DNA of 64,000 nucleotides from Guillardia theta CCMP2712 (GCF_000315625.1 NW_005434635.1:310001-374000), one strand, 5' to 3'; shown: positions 48,512-62,387, counted from the stretch's first letter. Notes: generated by a model not told the origin, from the letters alone. Translations and numbers: made by a program.

Positions 48512-49477
48512 TCACTGCACACAGCAGCACTGCTGCTTCGGAGCGACTCCCATGCTGATATCAGGCTTGTCTGGCAACTTGTTGAGCTCCTCGATGGATT
48601 CCATGGCAGAGGGTCGCTTGGCCGGGTCATGCTCCCACATGCGAGAGATAATATCCTCCAGCCCCTTCCAGCCCACGGCAGAGAGGGGAGGACGGTCGTG
48701 GAGGCTCTTGGGCACTGCACCATTCTGCAGGGCCACACGAATCTCGTTGAGGTCTTTGCCAGGAGGGCGCTGGGAGGTAGCGATGTACCACATTATGAGA
48801 GAGGCGCTGAAGACGTCAGCCTTCTCGTTGTAGTTCCCTTGCCGCTGGCTCAAGACCTCAGGAGCCATGTACCTCACCGTCCCTGTGTACCCCTTGTGGT
48901 GCTTCGTGTCGCGTTGCGACCTCTCCACCTTCTTGCTCATGCCGAAGTCTGCGAGCTTCAGCGTCTGCAGGTCCTTGGTGAGCATGAGGTTGGCTGGCTT
49001 CAAGTCTCTGTGGATGATGATGGGGTCGCGGTTGTGCAGAAAGTCAAGCGCACGGAGGAGATCGAGGCTCCAGCCGAAGATGGTGGGCTTGGGAAGCCGC
49101 GAGCCGTTCCTGCTGGAGATGTAAGTCTCCAGCGTCGGGCCATCCACGAACTCCTCGAAGATGATGGGGCTGTTGGGGTTGACGATGCATGCTCCCCAGA
49201 AACGCACGACGTTGGGGTGGGGCTGGACTGAAGTCAAGATCTCCAGCTCCATCACTAGATCCTTGTACGCTTGAGAGCCAGCATCCACTCCGTTCTTGAG
49301 CTGCTTGGCAACGCATGTCATGCCGCTGAGCTGGCACTTGTGAATGATGGCATTGGCTCCTTCTCCGATCTTGGGTCCCAGCTGATATTCAGATTCCTTG
49401 ACTTCCCAATTCCCCTTGGTGACATTCCCGAATGTGAGGACTGGGCAGTGAACGGTGGTATCAACAACTGTGTTCAT
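48512..49477 (-). CDS. tyrosine-kinase-like (TKL) protein kinase with C-terminal CCCVQ
   Basis: IGEGANA, VAK, HPNVVRFWG, IIHRDLKPAN, DFG, GTVRYMAPE, KADVFS, W..DPAKRP; uninterrupted 321-aa ORF. Confidence 0.95.
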   Translation of the reverse strand: MNTVVDTTVHCPVLTFGNVTKGNWEVKESEYQLGPKIGEGANAIIHKCQLSGMTCVAKQLKNGVDAGSQAYKDLVMELEILTSVQPHPNVVRFWGACIVNPNSPIIFEEFVDGPTLETYISSRNGSRLPKPTIFGWSLDLLRALDFLHNRDPIIIHRDLKPANLMLTKDLQTLKLADFGMSKKVERSQRDTKHHKGYTGTVRYMAPEVLSQRQGNYNEKADVFSASLIMWYIATSQRPPGKDLNEIRVALQNGAVPKSLHDRPPLSAVGWKGLEDIISRMWEHDPAKRPSAMESIEELNKLPDKPDISMGVAPKQQCCCVQ

Positions 49478-49994
49478 TCCTGGAAGAAGGGTGGCGGTGA
49501 CTTGTGGTAACGGTGGACCGCGTTCTGTTATTCAACCGGCATGCTCATAACCCACCTGAGGAAAACGATTGTCAGCAACAAAGATAAGGCTTATTTCAAG
49601 AGAACTTGTTACACGTGAACTAGTCAAACTAATGCTCACCCTAAGGCCTATGATGACAACCATTATCTACCTATCATTCTGGCTTGCCACAAGCATACAT
49701 ACACAGTTTGCCTGCCCTGTGATTATATTCTCCAAGTGCTTATCCGTCTTTTTTCATCTCTTCCATCTCCTTAACTTTCTTCTTCGCCCTCCCCCACTTT
49801 TCCTCCCCCTTAGCCACTCTTCGTCTCTCCGTCTTTGGTCAACAATCTTCCCGTTCTCTCCTCTCTTTCAATGCATCCAATCTCTCAGAGTTCCTTCTTC
49901 TCGCATCTCAAAGAGCTTCCTGCATCAACCGCTCTCCCCACTTCTCCACCGGCACAATTTCCATCGCCATGTTTGACCCGCAGGCGTCAGTATT

Positions 49995-50890
49995 CCCCAC
50001 ATGACCCCACCCCTCCCCAACGGCCAGGTAAGGTACCCATGTGCGATCCCAGACTATTTTCACTCCTGGCCACTTTCCATGTTTCGATGGCATCTAGTCA
50101 GGCCCCACATGCCCTCTATCGCCATATTTCCTTGTCCATTCCTATACAAGTTCGCCTCCAGTCCCCATCCTTCCAGCCCAGCTTGTTGGAGCAAACCGCC
50201 CACCATCAACGTACTGAGTCAACCAGTTACACGGGTACCACCCCCCACCCCCGATATCCCTGGCGAGGAGTTTTAACTTAACTCTGCAGAGCTACAAGCT
50301 CGCATCCCTGAATGTACGTTACAGATGTAACGAAGAATGTCAACATCACAATGGCTTGCCGCATGCGTAACGGGTTGACCGTTACATTCCAAAGTTTCCC
50401 CAGCAACGGCGCCGCAGCCCGGGCTCAGCCGCTGCGGCAGAGCCGGGCAGAGCGACCGGGTACGGTCTTCGGAATCTGAGTGACTGAGTGCTGCCGCCCG
50501 AGTGGCCCGGCCCGCCGAATGTCCAGGCTGTTGCCGCGCAGTGCCGCACGGCACTTTTCGAACTTCGGAAGTTTCACCTGCCACAGGCTCAGACCGCCAA
50601 GTTCCGTCACGGAAGGTGACTGGCAGTGACTCTGCCGCTCTCGGATCTGGCCGCAGTGGTCGCCCGTCACTACGGTGTGAACTTCAGTCACTGGCTGGTC
50701 AACGGTTCAACGGGTACCGTGAGCAGAGCGGAATGATAGTATTTGTACCCGTAAGGCCTGCAGCCTGGGCACTGGACGGCACTCGCGGCTGTCACAGTGT
50801 TTGCCTTTGCCGGCGGCGGTCACGGTGGCATGGGAATCCGACGACGACCTTCAAGTTGGTGTCAAGATTCCGGTCCGTGGCAACTAGGGA
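49995..50890 (-). repeat. TACCC/CCCC block plus palindrome-rich GC island upstream of the kinase
   Basis: gtaccc and gggtaccacccccc, then ccggg/gtgac/cagtg-rich sequence at 50400-50890. Confidence 0.5.
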
Positions 50891-50999
50891 CTAGCCTGCC
50901 AAAAGTTCAGCACACCGTACATTGAAGACTCGCTTGAAGGACCTCAATGCAGAACTGAAACATTTGGAACAAAGCCCTATTGAGCTGGGTCTTAACTGA

Positions 51000-52060
51000 C
51001 CAGCTCTTCAATGTGAAGACGACACACGTTCCTACCCTCCAACGTTTCTTGCGCAGCATTCAAGTTCCCCAACTGAGCGTTGACAGCAAGTTGCTCAGTG
51101 CAAGTGCTTCGACGTCGCAAATCTGCTGATGGGTTGCGGCACGGAGACCTCAAAGTTTTGTACTTTGCATATCAACGGGGTTGCCTGCCGCTACTCGAAG
51201 TTGGGCAGCCTCGGAAGCTGGATAATCTGCCAACAAGGCTCGCTGACGCTTGGAAAAGTTGACTCGAAACTACAAAAGCTGCCAGAGGTCCTGAAGAGGT
51301 TGGGCGATGGGATCCGGTCCTTGCCGTGAGCTGCGCCAAGGAGGCATTCTTCCCAGATCCCCTGCTTCATCAAGTACCTGTGAGTGTCCAAGAAGGAAGC
51401 CGGCATGGGGACGACGTCCCCAGCATGAACTCGCTGCGAGTTGATGGATCCAAATCAGCTCCATCATTATCCCGATGCCGGTAAGAGTGGCTGGCTGCGT
51501 GGTAGGTGACGTCCAATGAATGCTGAAAGATGGAATTTCCTCCCGCCCATCCAACAAACTTGGCATTCGCAGACCGGAACGCCGTGTAGGCCATGCCCTT
51601 CTGTGGGTTGAACCCACTCCCCCCATCACTACAAGGCAACGGGCGTGTGCAGTAAGCAAACTGAAGGTCCGTTGGACTGCAAGTCAGGTAAAGGCTCTGC
51701 GAAGATTGCTGTGGCCACTGAAACGCCTTTCCAAGGAGATGCCTTCCAGTGTTGCTGCAGTGGACAAATTTTTTCATGGCTTCCGGTCATGCTCCAGCTA
51801 ACGGGGGCTACTGTGACAAATGTGATGGGTTGCTACGACATCCTGGGGAGGTGACACACATGGTGACCTGCAGGCACCGCAGCCCTTGACCGACGGAGGG
51901 ATGCGCATGCCAAGTGCCGCAGTGAGGTATTAGTGACCGGGTCCGATCACCTGGCTTAACGCAAACTTGGCCCTGACTCGGAAAGCGGCAGCGCAGAGGA
52001 AGATCAATGATCATCTGTATGCTGCGTATGCTCAGCATGTCCCACCACAGGCTTTCCTAC
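51000..52060 (-). CDS. hypothetical gene or pseudogene fragments
   Basis: Overlapping minus ORFs with cag|g acceptors; no family recognised. Confidence 0.25.
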
Positions 52061-52289
52061 CCATCATCGCCTGCTCGCTTCCTGATCTTTGGTCAGCTCT
52101 GAGGGCTGCCGCAGTGCGCTGGTCACTACTGGCACAGTTGCAGACCGCAGTTGAGTGAAGGTATCAGTAAAGTTTGGGGGCAGCAATTAGAAAGATTAGT
52201 ATTGGCGTCACGAATTTCTCAGTGTCTTGTATGTTGAAACCTCTTCGACCGCATCCTCGGTCATAATTTCGCTTAACATTGAGTAATAT

Positions 52290-52880
52290 CATCGACAGTC
52301 AGTGACGGCAGCCTCCCGCGACACATGGTGTGACCCCGCCTCCGAGGCTCGGACTGCCTGGCACTACGGTACTGGCACTGATCGGACTTGAGCCTAGGAG
52401 CGAGGTCATCCCTACCTGAGTCCGGCCGGATGGGCGACTCGGCGACGCTGACGCGGCTGCCGCCGGCCAGTGTTGACACGGTTCCAGTCCGGGAGCCGCC
52501 GCCGCACTGCGGCACCGTCTCCGACCGTGAGTCACTGAGTGCCGCAGTGCTGATCATGGCAGTGTGAGAGTACGGTCTATCCCGGCTGCAACACTGTACG
52601 GTGGCCGCCCTGGTGACTCAGTGCACTCAGTGCCGCAACTTGTCAGTTGAGTGAAGGTATCAGTAAAGCGAAACTTGTCGGACGGCCGCTGAGTAATGTA
52701 GTCACTTGCGAGTCTTGGAGCGCCCGGATGTACGCCGGACCTAGATGCGGCGGCGCCAGGCACCCGGCGGCACCCCGCGGCGCTTCTGATTCCATCAGAT
52801 GATCATTGTTCAACTTGTTAAAAATCATTGTTCAACTTTCAATCGGATCAGTGCCGATGATCTGAGTGCCACCGTGACAG
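52290..52880. repeat. palindrome-rich GC island
   Basis: cagtg/cactg, gtgac, gactc and cggccg words. Confidence 0.6.
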
Positions 52881-54039
52881 CACAAAGGCAACTGCCTTTG
52901 TGATATCACAAGGGCAAACCGCAATAATAGATCTCTTAAGTTTAGGGCAGTGCGGCTGCAGATGCCTTTGGAACAAGATCACTCGTTATCGCCAAGTTCG
53001 AAACATGATGATGACAATGATGAATCACGCCACGGAGACTGTGCGATCATGCCAGGTTGCGACATTTGATATCCTTGAGTAAGAGGATTGCTCACAGGCA
53101 ATCAAAACACAACATATGCAGTCTACTCATATATGACATTTTACATGGTAAAAGACTACAAAGCATCTTCATTCCTCATTTTAAAGGCGTGTGTGGACAA
53201 AAGAGGAATGTGTTGGAACTGCTGTTTCGAAATCACGAATTTAATTCAGAAAAAGGAAAGAATATCACAAAAATTGAATCTTACAAAGAAAAGTAAAGAA
53301 TTACAGAATGTACAATGCATCGAACTATCGATGCTCGAGTATTGAAGGCAGAATCGCTTCTGTCCCTACTTCCTTCGAGGCGATTCGTTTGCGAAGGAGT
53401 TGAATTGAGCTCCACAACGCTGTAAGTTTCTTTCTCTTGCATTGAGAAAACGTCGTCCAGACCTTATCATCGAAATGGAAAGGCCTTGTTGCATGAGGAT
53501 CCTCCCTTCTGTGTTGGGACTCGGATCCTTCAGCGTGGACTTCCGTCATGCTCGGTCGTGTTCTGCTTGCTTGCCTCTCCTTGGAGATCATATTCAGTTC
53601 AGTTACGTGCTCCGCTCCGTCAGCATCGTGATTGAATTGGTCAGCATGATACTGGTGACGTGCCAGATGTCAGCATGTCATGTACTATACCGGGTACTGA
53701 TCTGCTGAAAAATGGGGTAGTACCTGCCGCTGCGTCGTTTCGGAGCAAATGTACAAGCCGTGACTGGGTGCGTCTGTCACGTAAAGTCAGGAAGTAGCAA
53801 CGAAATCACTACCTTTCGGAAGGTATGCCTTGTCTTCTTCATATCCGCCTGAGTACCTTACAGCTGGTCTCGGACAAAACTACCGGCTCTTTGGACTAGA
53901 CTGAAGGGGGTACACAATAAAGTCATGATACCAACTGGAGGAATTTGATGGTCAAAAAAGGATATGTGGTAGTAACGAAGAAATCAAAGCAATTACAGCA
54001 TGGAAGGATCATGATAAAGTGGAAAATAACAACGATTCG

Positions 54040-54910
54040 GGAGTCAGCACCGTGACTGAGATACAGGTCATGGTTTCAGTGACTCTGCCCCGGCGCCGCC
54101 GGTCACTCCTGTCAAACTTGAAAGTTCATCGACGGTCATCAACGACCGTGACCGCCGCACCGGGGCGCGGCGCGGCCCGTGCCGCGCCGCACGCTCCCCC
54201 CCGGCGGACGGTCCCCAGGGGCCGGCACCCGGCGGCGCCCGGGCGGCCCGGGCCGCCGCTACCGTACCGCGGACGGTACCCGGCCCAGTGATGCCGGGAC
54301 GGCGAAAACCCCAGCGTACTACCGTACACCGTTTGAATCATTTGAACGGACTCGGGCCCGAGTCGCCGGAATGCGCGGCCGCGCTGCCGGGCATGCCACG
54401 GATCATCGGATCATTGAGTCATGGCCGATGATGCCCGGGCCGGGCCGGTGACCACCGTAGGTGACCGCCCGGCGCCGTGAGCCTACGCGGCCCGGAGTCC
54501 GACCGGCCCGGTGACTCGAGCCCGGCCGCCCTCGCGGACCGTCCGATTCGACTAGAGTCCCCGAGTCTAGTCCGACCGAGTGACTCACTGTTCGATCATG
54601 GCACGGCGCGGCGGCGCCGGGCCGGCCGGAACCGAACCGTTCCCCGGGCCCCGCGGCCGGGCCGCCCGGCCCTCAGCCGACGGTCTGCGGAGTTGGATTT
54701 CCAGGGACCCGTGGTAGCGCGGGGAGCAGTGGGGGTAGGATAGAGCAACTTCCACGTGCAGAATTCAACGAAATATCACCCACCTATACCCCATAAATTA
54801 TATAAGTAAGTAAATATTAGTATTATTTGTTTTGACTGTATACCTAATCATGGTAAATTACTGAAAACCCTATAGAAAGGTAGGAGCAGACTGGGCAGTC
54901 AACACTACCC
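54040..54910 (+). repeat. palindrome-rich GC island followed by GGGTA/AT-rich block upstream of AHA1
   Basis: ccgggcggcccggg, gtaccgcggacggtac and ccggccggaaccgaaccg, then gggggtagg. Confidence 0.6.
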
Positions 54911-55336
54911 CTTGCCGCGGAAGCTTCTAGAAAGTCTGGAGTGCTCTATGTCTGAGCGGGAAAGAACGCAGAGAAGATACGACAGGGAGCAAGTGGAAGC
55001 AGAAACAAAACTGAGGCATAACACTGTTCATAGACGAGTACATGTTGAAAGTGAATGATGATTGTTGTATGACCTTAACATGCAAAGGTTAGAATAGCAG
55101 AAGAAAGACGATGAAGGAAGGTAGATGACAAATTCATGTTCGGGTTGCGAAACATTTGAACACATAGGCAAAGTTGTACTTTCGTGAAAGCTTCGAGACA
55201 TCTTCAGAAATGTGTAAATGTCACTTTCAAGATACAAATGGTATGAGCAGGCTTGTAGTTTACAAAGAAGATCGCTTCGAAGTTGATGCCCGCATCGTGG
55301 TACAAGGGCTTCAGTAACTGTTTGCTTGACAACAGA

Positions 55337-56882
55337 ATGGCAAAGTTTGGAGAAGGTGATCCGCGATGGAAAGTTCAGGAGCTTGGAGAGGGAGGAAGAA
55401 ACGTAAATGGATGGTAACCTTTCTTTCTGTCCTTCGTGCATTGTCCTCCTCCTACCCTCGCATGCTCTGGATTGGCTATTCTGACCATTCTGCAGGCATT
55501 GGACCGAGAATGATTGCTTTCCGTTCTTCAAAGAAGAGTTCCAAAAATCATTCGAAGGTTGTGCATCTACTTTCTCTCCTCTCCTCTCACAAACTGCAGG
55601 AAATTACGTGCTCCAGAATGTTCGAGACGCATTTCCGGGGTTGACAGGCGACCTCAATTGTTGGAAGGTCGACAAGTGCACTGGAGAAGCATGCGTCAAC
55701 AGGAGGAAGGGGAACAAAGTTGTGCTGATCTATGAAATCGAGCTCGCAGTGAAATGGGAATCAACGCTGAAGAATGCTGCTGGAGAAGTGGTTTCGACCT
55801 CCAAGGGGACGTACGTGATGCCGTGCATCGATACAGTAGAGGATCTCGACAACTTTGAGATTCAAGTCAAGTTCAACAAGGAAGGGGCTGAGTTCAAAGC
55901 TGCCAACGACTTCGCCAAGACTCATGGTCAGAAGAAGGTGTGCAGCGAGTCAGGGGATTCTTCTTGTTCTGACTTGGGGCTCAAGGTTCGTGAGATCATA
56001 GTTGAGACAATAGAAAAATTGAAGGAACAAGCTGGTCAAACTTGTACCGATAAAGTGACCAGCTCGAACAACCGTGAGGCAGAGAAGGTGAACGCAGACA
56101 GTCTTGGTTGAGATTTATCTGAATGTCGCAAATAGCCCAAGTCAAACGGAACCTCTGACGCAAAACCCGAGGCATCGAAGCAGCAGGCTTCCAACGCTGA
56201 TCACAAGGGAACTACCATTGAGCTGACAACAGAATTCAATGCTCCCGCACGCGAGGTATGAGTCAATGATGGAGCCGAGACCGTTACTGACCGTCCGCAG
56301 ATCTTTGAATGCTTCACCATCCCGCCTAAGGTGATGGCGTTTACACAGAGCAAAGCTCAGGTGCAGCATAATTTGAGAGTCTGTCGTGAGAGTGAAGGTG
56401 CATGCAGGTTGGAACCTCCGTTGGAGAAGAGATCGTGCTCTTTGATGGAGCCATCGTTGGGAAGGTGTTAGAATGTGAAATGAACAGGTATCCATCTCTT
56501 CTGGAGTTTGTTCGGTCAATGCTAACAATGCCTCTCCAGCAAACTTGTCTGGGAGTGGAGACAAAGCTCCTGGCCAGCTGGAGTTCGATCCAAGTGCAGC
56601 CTTGAGTTTACCGAACCTGGGGAGGGTGCGTCATATGTGTGGAAACGAATCTTCTGTAAGGTTTCCTACAGGAACCTGTCGACTTAAACTAAAACAGACC
56701 GGCATCCCATACTCTGACGCTCATGGAAATCATGTAGAGCTGATTAGATTTGGCATTACTGTCTCTCTTTTGGTTGACTGCATACCCAGGACATGCCCCG
56801 CGTGGTGGAGGAAGGCTGGAAGCGCAATTTTTTTGACAGGATCAAGATGGTTTTTGGCTTCGGAGCACCAGAATTTAGTTAA
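55337..56882 (+). CDS. AHA1: activator of Hsp90 ATPase AHA1
   Basis: MAKFGEGDPRW...RNVNGWHWTEND, GEACVNRRKGNK..IYE; C-terminal AHSA1 domain LFDGAIVG...WRQSSWP...LKQTGIP...GWKRNFFDRIKMVFGFG. Confidence 0.95.
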
Positions 56883-56934
56883 GACGAATCAAAGAAAAAC
56901 AAAGAATAACATCAGATTTTTGCTGACTCAGTTT

Positions 56935-57720
56935 CAACGTCCGACGGTACGGTCCCTGGGCCCGGCCCGGTGTGCCAGGGGCCGCGGCAGTGCCCGGCCG
57001 ACTGCCCGGCCAGCGTGATCGGACAGTGTACGGTACCGTAACGACGGCTGCGCTGTAGGCCCTGAGTCTAGCCTAGTTGCTGAAGCCTTCACGGTTGCTG
57101 AGTACGGTACTCAACCGTTAATAGTGGTAGTAGTCGGACGGTCGAGTAAGCCTCCGTGAGTTCGACGGCCCATCAGCCAGGCTATTCACTGAGTCTAAAC
57201 TCAGAGGGACGGTCTCACTGCCAGGCCGCGCTGCGGCCGCCGCTGACTGGCAGTCCCCGGAGTCCTCGTTGGCGCGGCAGCCTGAGAGTGGGCCCATCGC
57301 CGCCGGAGGCTGGCCTATCAGTCCGATCGCCACACCGAGGGCCCTCAGGCTGCCGCCGCTCGGAGCCTGCGGTTCGGGTTGCCCTGGCACGGTTTCGGCA
57401 TTAGATGGGACTCAGGGCCAGCGTGACGCTGCTGACTCCGGCCCGGCGCATGGCCGGGCCCGGCACCGGGCGGTGCGGCAGTGCGGCATTCCGAAACGGC
57501 GCCGGGCGAGAGTCCGAAGTTCCCGAACTCGGAACTCGGAACTCGGCCCGAACTTCCTTGGACCGTCGGTTCGGAAGTTCATCATTGGAACTTGCCGCAC
57601 TGCCGCACTGCAGTGCCAGGCTTCCGAACGGTTCCCGGGGCCTGAGTCACCCCGGGCCCGCAGTGACCGGGCCGGCCCGATCGGCCGGCCAGCCGGGCCG
57701 GCGGACCCGGCCAGAATGCC
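56935..57720. repeat. palindrome-rich GC island between AHA1 and PEX6
   Basis: gtacggtaccgt, ggccgggcccggc, (gaactcg)3 and gccggcccgatcggccggc. Confidence 0.65.
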
Positions 57721-57801
57721 ATCTATGGCCGCATCGCCGCACCAGACTTGCGCCAGCGAGGAGGAGGAGGTAGAGGAGGAGGAGGAGGAGGTGAGGACGA
57801 C

Positions 57802-60800
57802 ATGTCAAGGTACTCTAGTGCCGTAAAAGAAGTTCACGCGCAGATCCCGCAGGAACTTCAAGACATTTTACGCGTCTCCAGCTTTCTAAGGTGCTTTCCT
57901 GCCTACCATCTACCTCCCTTGCTGAAAGGATCATGGAAGGGATGCCGGCGATGGCGAGGAGGGAGGAGCTGGAGACAAGATCAAGAGACGTAGCAACGGA
58001 TGTGAGATGGTAGCGATGGGATGCTCACCTCGTCAAACTTGTAACGCCTTCGTCCAGCGCATGCGACTGGAACCTCTCCCATGGCAGGGTTTTCAGGAGA
58101 GGACTTTAGGGTCCTTGGGAGGTCATGCCGGAGCAGCGGCAAGTCTCATGCGGAGATGTTGAATGAGATGTGACGGGCTGCCTCAGCTTTGTGTTCTGAA
58201 GCGACTGAATGCATTTGATGGTGACTGGGTTGAGATTAGGAGCCCGAATTCGAGGTGATTGAATAAGAATGAGAACATTTCCTGTATGATAACAGCAAAA
58301 CTACCGCAGGAAACTTGTTAGGATCAAACTTGTGAAGTGCAGCTGCAAACCTCATGCTTGCTCCATCGCGTCCTGCTCTCGAGGCCGCTCCCTCCTTGTG
58401 CGACGTGGGATGATGGAGATGTTGAGGATTGGTGGACAGGAAGAGGATGGGAGAGTGACCGTGAGGAGGTTCGACGAGAAGCTCGAGTGTGCGAAGAGTG
58501 TGGTGCTTGCTCGCGTCTCAAGGATAGACTCCGAGGCATCGGATGAGAATGTCAGGTTGTCACATTTGATATCCAATGACTGTCGCCTGACTCGCTCCAG
58601 GGCGCTGACCTCATTTCCTTTCAAGAAGTTCGCCTTCGAAATGGTGACATGCTCCTATCTCGAGCAGCAGCTCTGATGACCAATGATTGAAGGATGACAT
58701 GATCGGCGTGTGGGTTAAGAGCGCGAGATCGATATTAAGAGCGGCGACAGAGCGGGAGGAAGTGGAGGAAGAGGAGAACGACGGTGAAATGAAACCGTGC
58801 AAACTGATGACCGCCGTGATCTGACATCGTGCAGAGGAGATTGTAGATTGTCCGCAACAAGTGCGGCGGAACATATTCAAGGCTGGACATACCCTGGTTT
58901 TCTTTCAGGTCTTGTGCTTGCAATGTGCCATCAGTATTTAATTCTCCTTGTTTTCAGATTCAGAAAGTAGATGGAGCCATGCACAAACAATACTTTCTCA
59001 TCGACTCGGATAGCACAAGAGTCACGCTTGAGGGGTCGATCAACGCAAAGGTCTGCCCTGTTGCAGATCTTTCCCTGTCCAACTCGATGCCTTAGGTCCC
59101 TCCTGTACCGCTCGAAGCATTCGCACCGCACATGAACGTCGAGATGGTGAAGTCTTTCTGCCCATCCTGTTTGAGAACACCATGATTGCCAAAACGCAAT
59201 GCGATTATCATCACTGTCGTTTATGTGGAGGGAGGTAGAAGGACACGGACAAGGACCAGGAAGAAGGAAATGCTGCGAGGAGGAGGAGGAGGAGGAGGAG
59301 GAGAAAGACGAGGACGAGGACGAGGACGAGGGCGGGAGATGGGTAGAATCGATTTAACTTTCAAGCAGATCGTCACCTTGCACAAGTTGCTGCAGCCTCT
59401 GTTTCACGAGTCATTGCAGTCGCATGAAATGAACCTTTCTCTCTTGTTGTTCGGGCCGCAGGTGAGTAGAGGATGGTCCTCAGGTGCGAGAAGAGAACCT
59501 GACCATGATGTAGGGGACAGGAAAATGTTCTTTGATGCGGCACACAGCTGCTCGTCTTGGGGTGATGCGCGATTGCGATGATGGGGCGCAGTTTTGACTG
59601 TCTCTAAGGTGGATGTTGTGGTTGCAAACTGCGCTAAGTTCAAGATCGGAAGCAGCAAGCAAAAGGATGAAAGTATAGACAAGCTGCTTGAGGTGAACCT
59701 GCAATAGCGCTGAAAAGATATTTAACGAATATCTTCTCAAGGATTGCAAACTGCATGCTCCTTGCATCCTCCTCCTTCGCCGCTCAGAATTTTTGCTGGA
59801 GGATGAAGAGGGGGAAAGGCAGACAGGGGGAAAATGGTTGAGGCGGATCAGAGATGAATTGATCTCCTTTCATCACGACGGCAAGATGAGAGCATGCAAG
59901 AAAGTCGTCGTCGTAGCTTCTGCTGATGATGCAGAGAAGCTTTCATTGCAGACTCGGCAGCTTTTCACACACGATGTGGAAGTGAAGCGGCCGGGAGATG
60001 AAGAGAGGGAGGTGCTGATCGATTCGCTTCTGGACCTCTCGGCCAACGCCGAAGGAAGCTTGTCAGCAAAGGTATCCACATCCGATTAGAGTGCCTCCTG
60101 ACACTGGGATCAGACAATCTCCTCGCAGATGGTGGGGAGGAGCCAAGAGGACATCATCGCCCTTCTCGTGAGATCAGACTCGCTGCCCTCCGTCTCCTTC
60201 CTCACGTGCCTCCAGTCCCGCGCTGCTTCTTTGCGCCACCTCAAGGGAAACATCCTCGCCGGGGAGTTGACCGCGGGCAAGCTGACGCTGGGGGACATCA
60301 ACGAGGCCCTGGACATGCAGAAGGCCCAGCTCGCCACCGCGATCGGAACCCCCAAGGTGCGACGACAGGGAAAGAGGACGAAGAGGACGAGGACGAGGAC
60401 GAGGACGAGGAGAATAAGAAGGAGAAGGAGGAACCGTATGAGGAGGTGGTGATGGAGGAGGAGGAGAACAAGCAGGAGGAGCAGGAGGAGCAGGAGGAGG
60501 AGACTTCCTGCTCTGTGCCGCCCTCTGTCCGCCTGACACCTGTCCCGGGCAGGTCCCAGACGTCAAGTGGGAGGACGTCGGGGGTCTGGAGGATGTCAAA
60601 CGAGAGATTCTAGATACAGTCCAGCTGCCCCTCAAGCACCCCAACCTCTTCAAATCTGGTAGTAGTTTGCGGCCCAGCTACAGGCGGGCTGACGCCCCTG
60701 CAGGGCTGAAGAGCAGGTCGGGGGTGCTGCTGTATGGGCCCCCTGGGACTGGCAAGACGCTGGTGGCGAAGGCGGTGGCGTCTCAGTGTTCGCTCTCCTT

Positions 60801-61546
60801 CATGAGCGTCAAGGGGCCAGAGCTGGTCTAGTACTAACCCCTCGACTGCTGCTACGACCTCCCTCCTGTCCTCATCTTTCTCCCACTGCCATGATCTCCC
60901 TCCCTCCCATCTCGCCCTCCCACTGCCCTAATCCCTACCTTCCACCTCTCCTGCTTCGTTGTCTCGCATGTTCACCCTGCTGCTCATCCCTTCCCTCCTC
61001 TTTTGACTCCCTGCTCCTTCTCTGACCTCGAAGGCTAGATAAACATGTATGTCGGGGAAAGCGAGAAGAACATCCGCGAAGTGTTCAAGAGGTTCGAGCC
61101 TGAGCGCGGCAAGAACGAGAGCACTGACGGCAGAGGGTTGCAGGGCGCGAGAAGCTGTTCCTTGCGTCGTCTTCTTCGACGAGCTAGATTCTCTCGCCCC
61201 TAACAGGTCAAGGAGGAGGAGGAGGAGGAGGAGGAGGAGGAGGAGGAGGAGGAGGAGGAGGAGGAGGAGTGCTTGCTGCTAGCTTACCGAGGTGAGCAGG
61301 GGAAATGGGGCAGACTCAGGGGGTGTCATGGACCGAGTGGTTTCTCAGCTGCTGGCAGAGATGGACGGGATAAACGAGGGAGGAGGAGCAAATCTCTTCG
61401 TTATGGGCGCGACGAACCGTCCTGACCTCATTGACCCTGCGCTTCTCCGTCCTGGTGAGTTGAGGAATGGAGGAGAGGAGAACAAGATGAAGGAAAGCAT
61501 GTACACGCTATTCCTGGTATGGAGGGTAGAAGACAGCTAGGCAGGA

Positions 61547-61586
<40 letters not shown>

Positions 61587-62387
61587 AGAGCAAGAGCAAG
61601 AGCAGGAGCAGGAAGTAGAAATGTTTCTGCTCATCACTCCTCTCCAGGTCGCTTCGACAAGCTGCTCTACTGTGGAGTTGGAGGGAACGCAGAGGCAGGA
61701 GGAAGCTTGCAAGCTCAGGCACAGCAAGGGTGACTACGATGGCCTCGCTGACTGCTGGCACAGGTCAAGGTCCTGACGGCCCTGACAAGAAAGATGAGGC
61801 TCGATGCTGACGTGGAGCTCGCAGAAGTGGCAAGGAGATGCTCGAGTGAGGAGCCGAGCTGTACCCCAGCAGCACTTGATGCCTGGCGCAGGCAACTACA
61901 CCGGAGCTGACCTCTATGCTGTCTGCGCCGACGCATGGCAGAAAGCGGCAGAGCGTCTGATTCGAGAGGCAGAGGAGGTGAACGGCCCGTCCTCCCAGGA
62001 GGGAGGAGGAGGAGGAGGAGGAGGAGGAGGAGGAGGAGGAGGAGGGAGGAAGCCGCTGACCCATGAAGATGTGGTAGTTAGTCAGGTCTGCACTGCTGTC
62101 CTCTTGCCCATCTGACTGCTTGCAGTCGGATTTTCTCGAAGCTCAAGCAGCTATCGCTCCCAGCATCACTGACGAGATGCTTGCAAGGTAAACGACCTTC
62201 TGCTTCTCTTGTCCTCAGCTCTTCGTACCTCTGACTACACTCGGATCATGACTTCTAATTGTCTTGCACGTCCCATCCCATCCCATCCCCATCCCTCCCC
62301 TTCCTTGCGTCGCAACTGTCGCTGACTTTCTGCTGATTCAGCTACGACGATCTGCGCGTTAAGTTCTCAGCAAAGCCGAAAAGATGA
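57802..62387 (+). CDS. PEX6: peroxisome biogenesis AAA+ ATPase PEX6
   Basis: D1 FGPQGTGK; D2 [124 protein letters not shown]. Confidence 0.95.
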
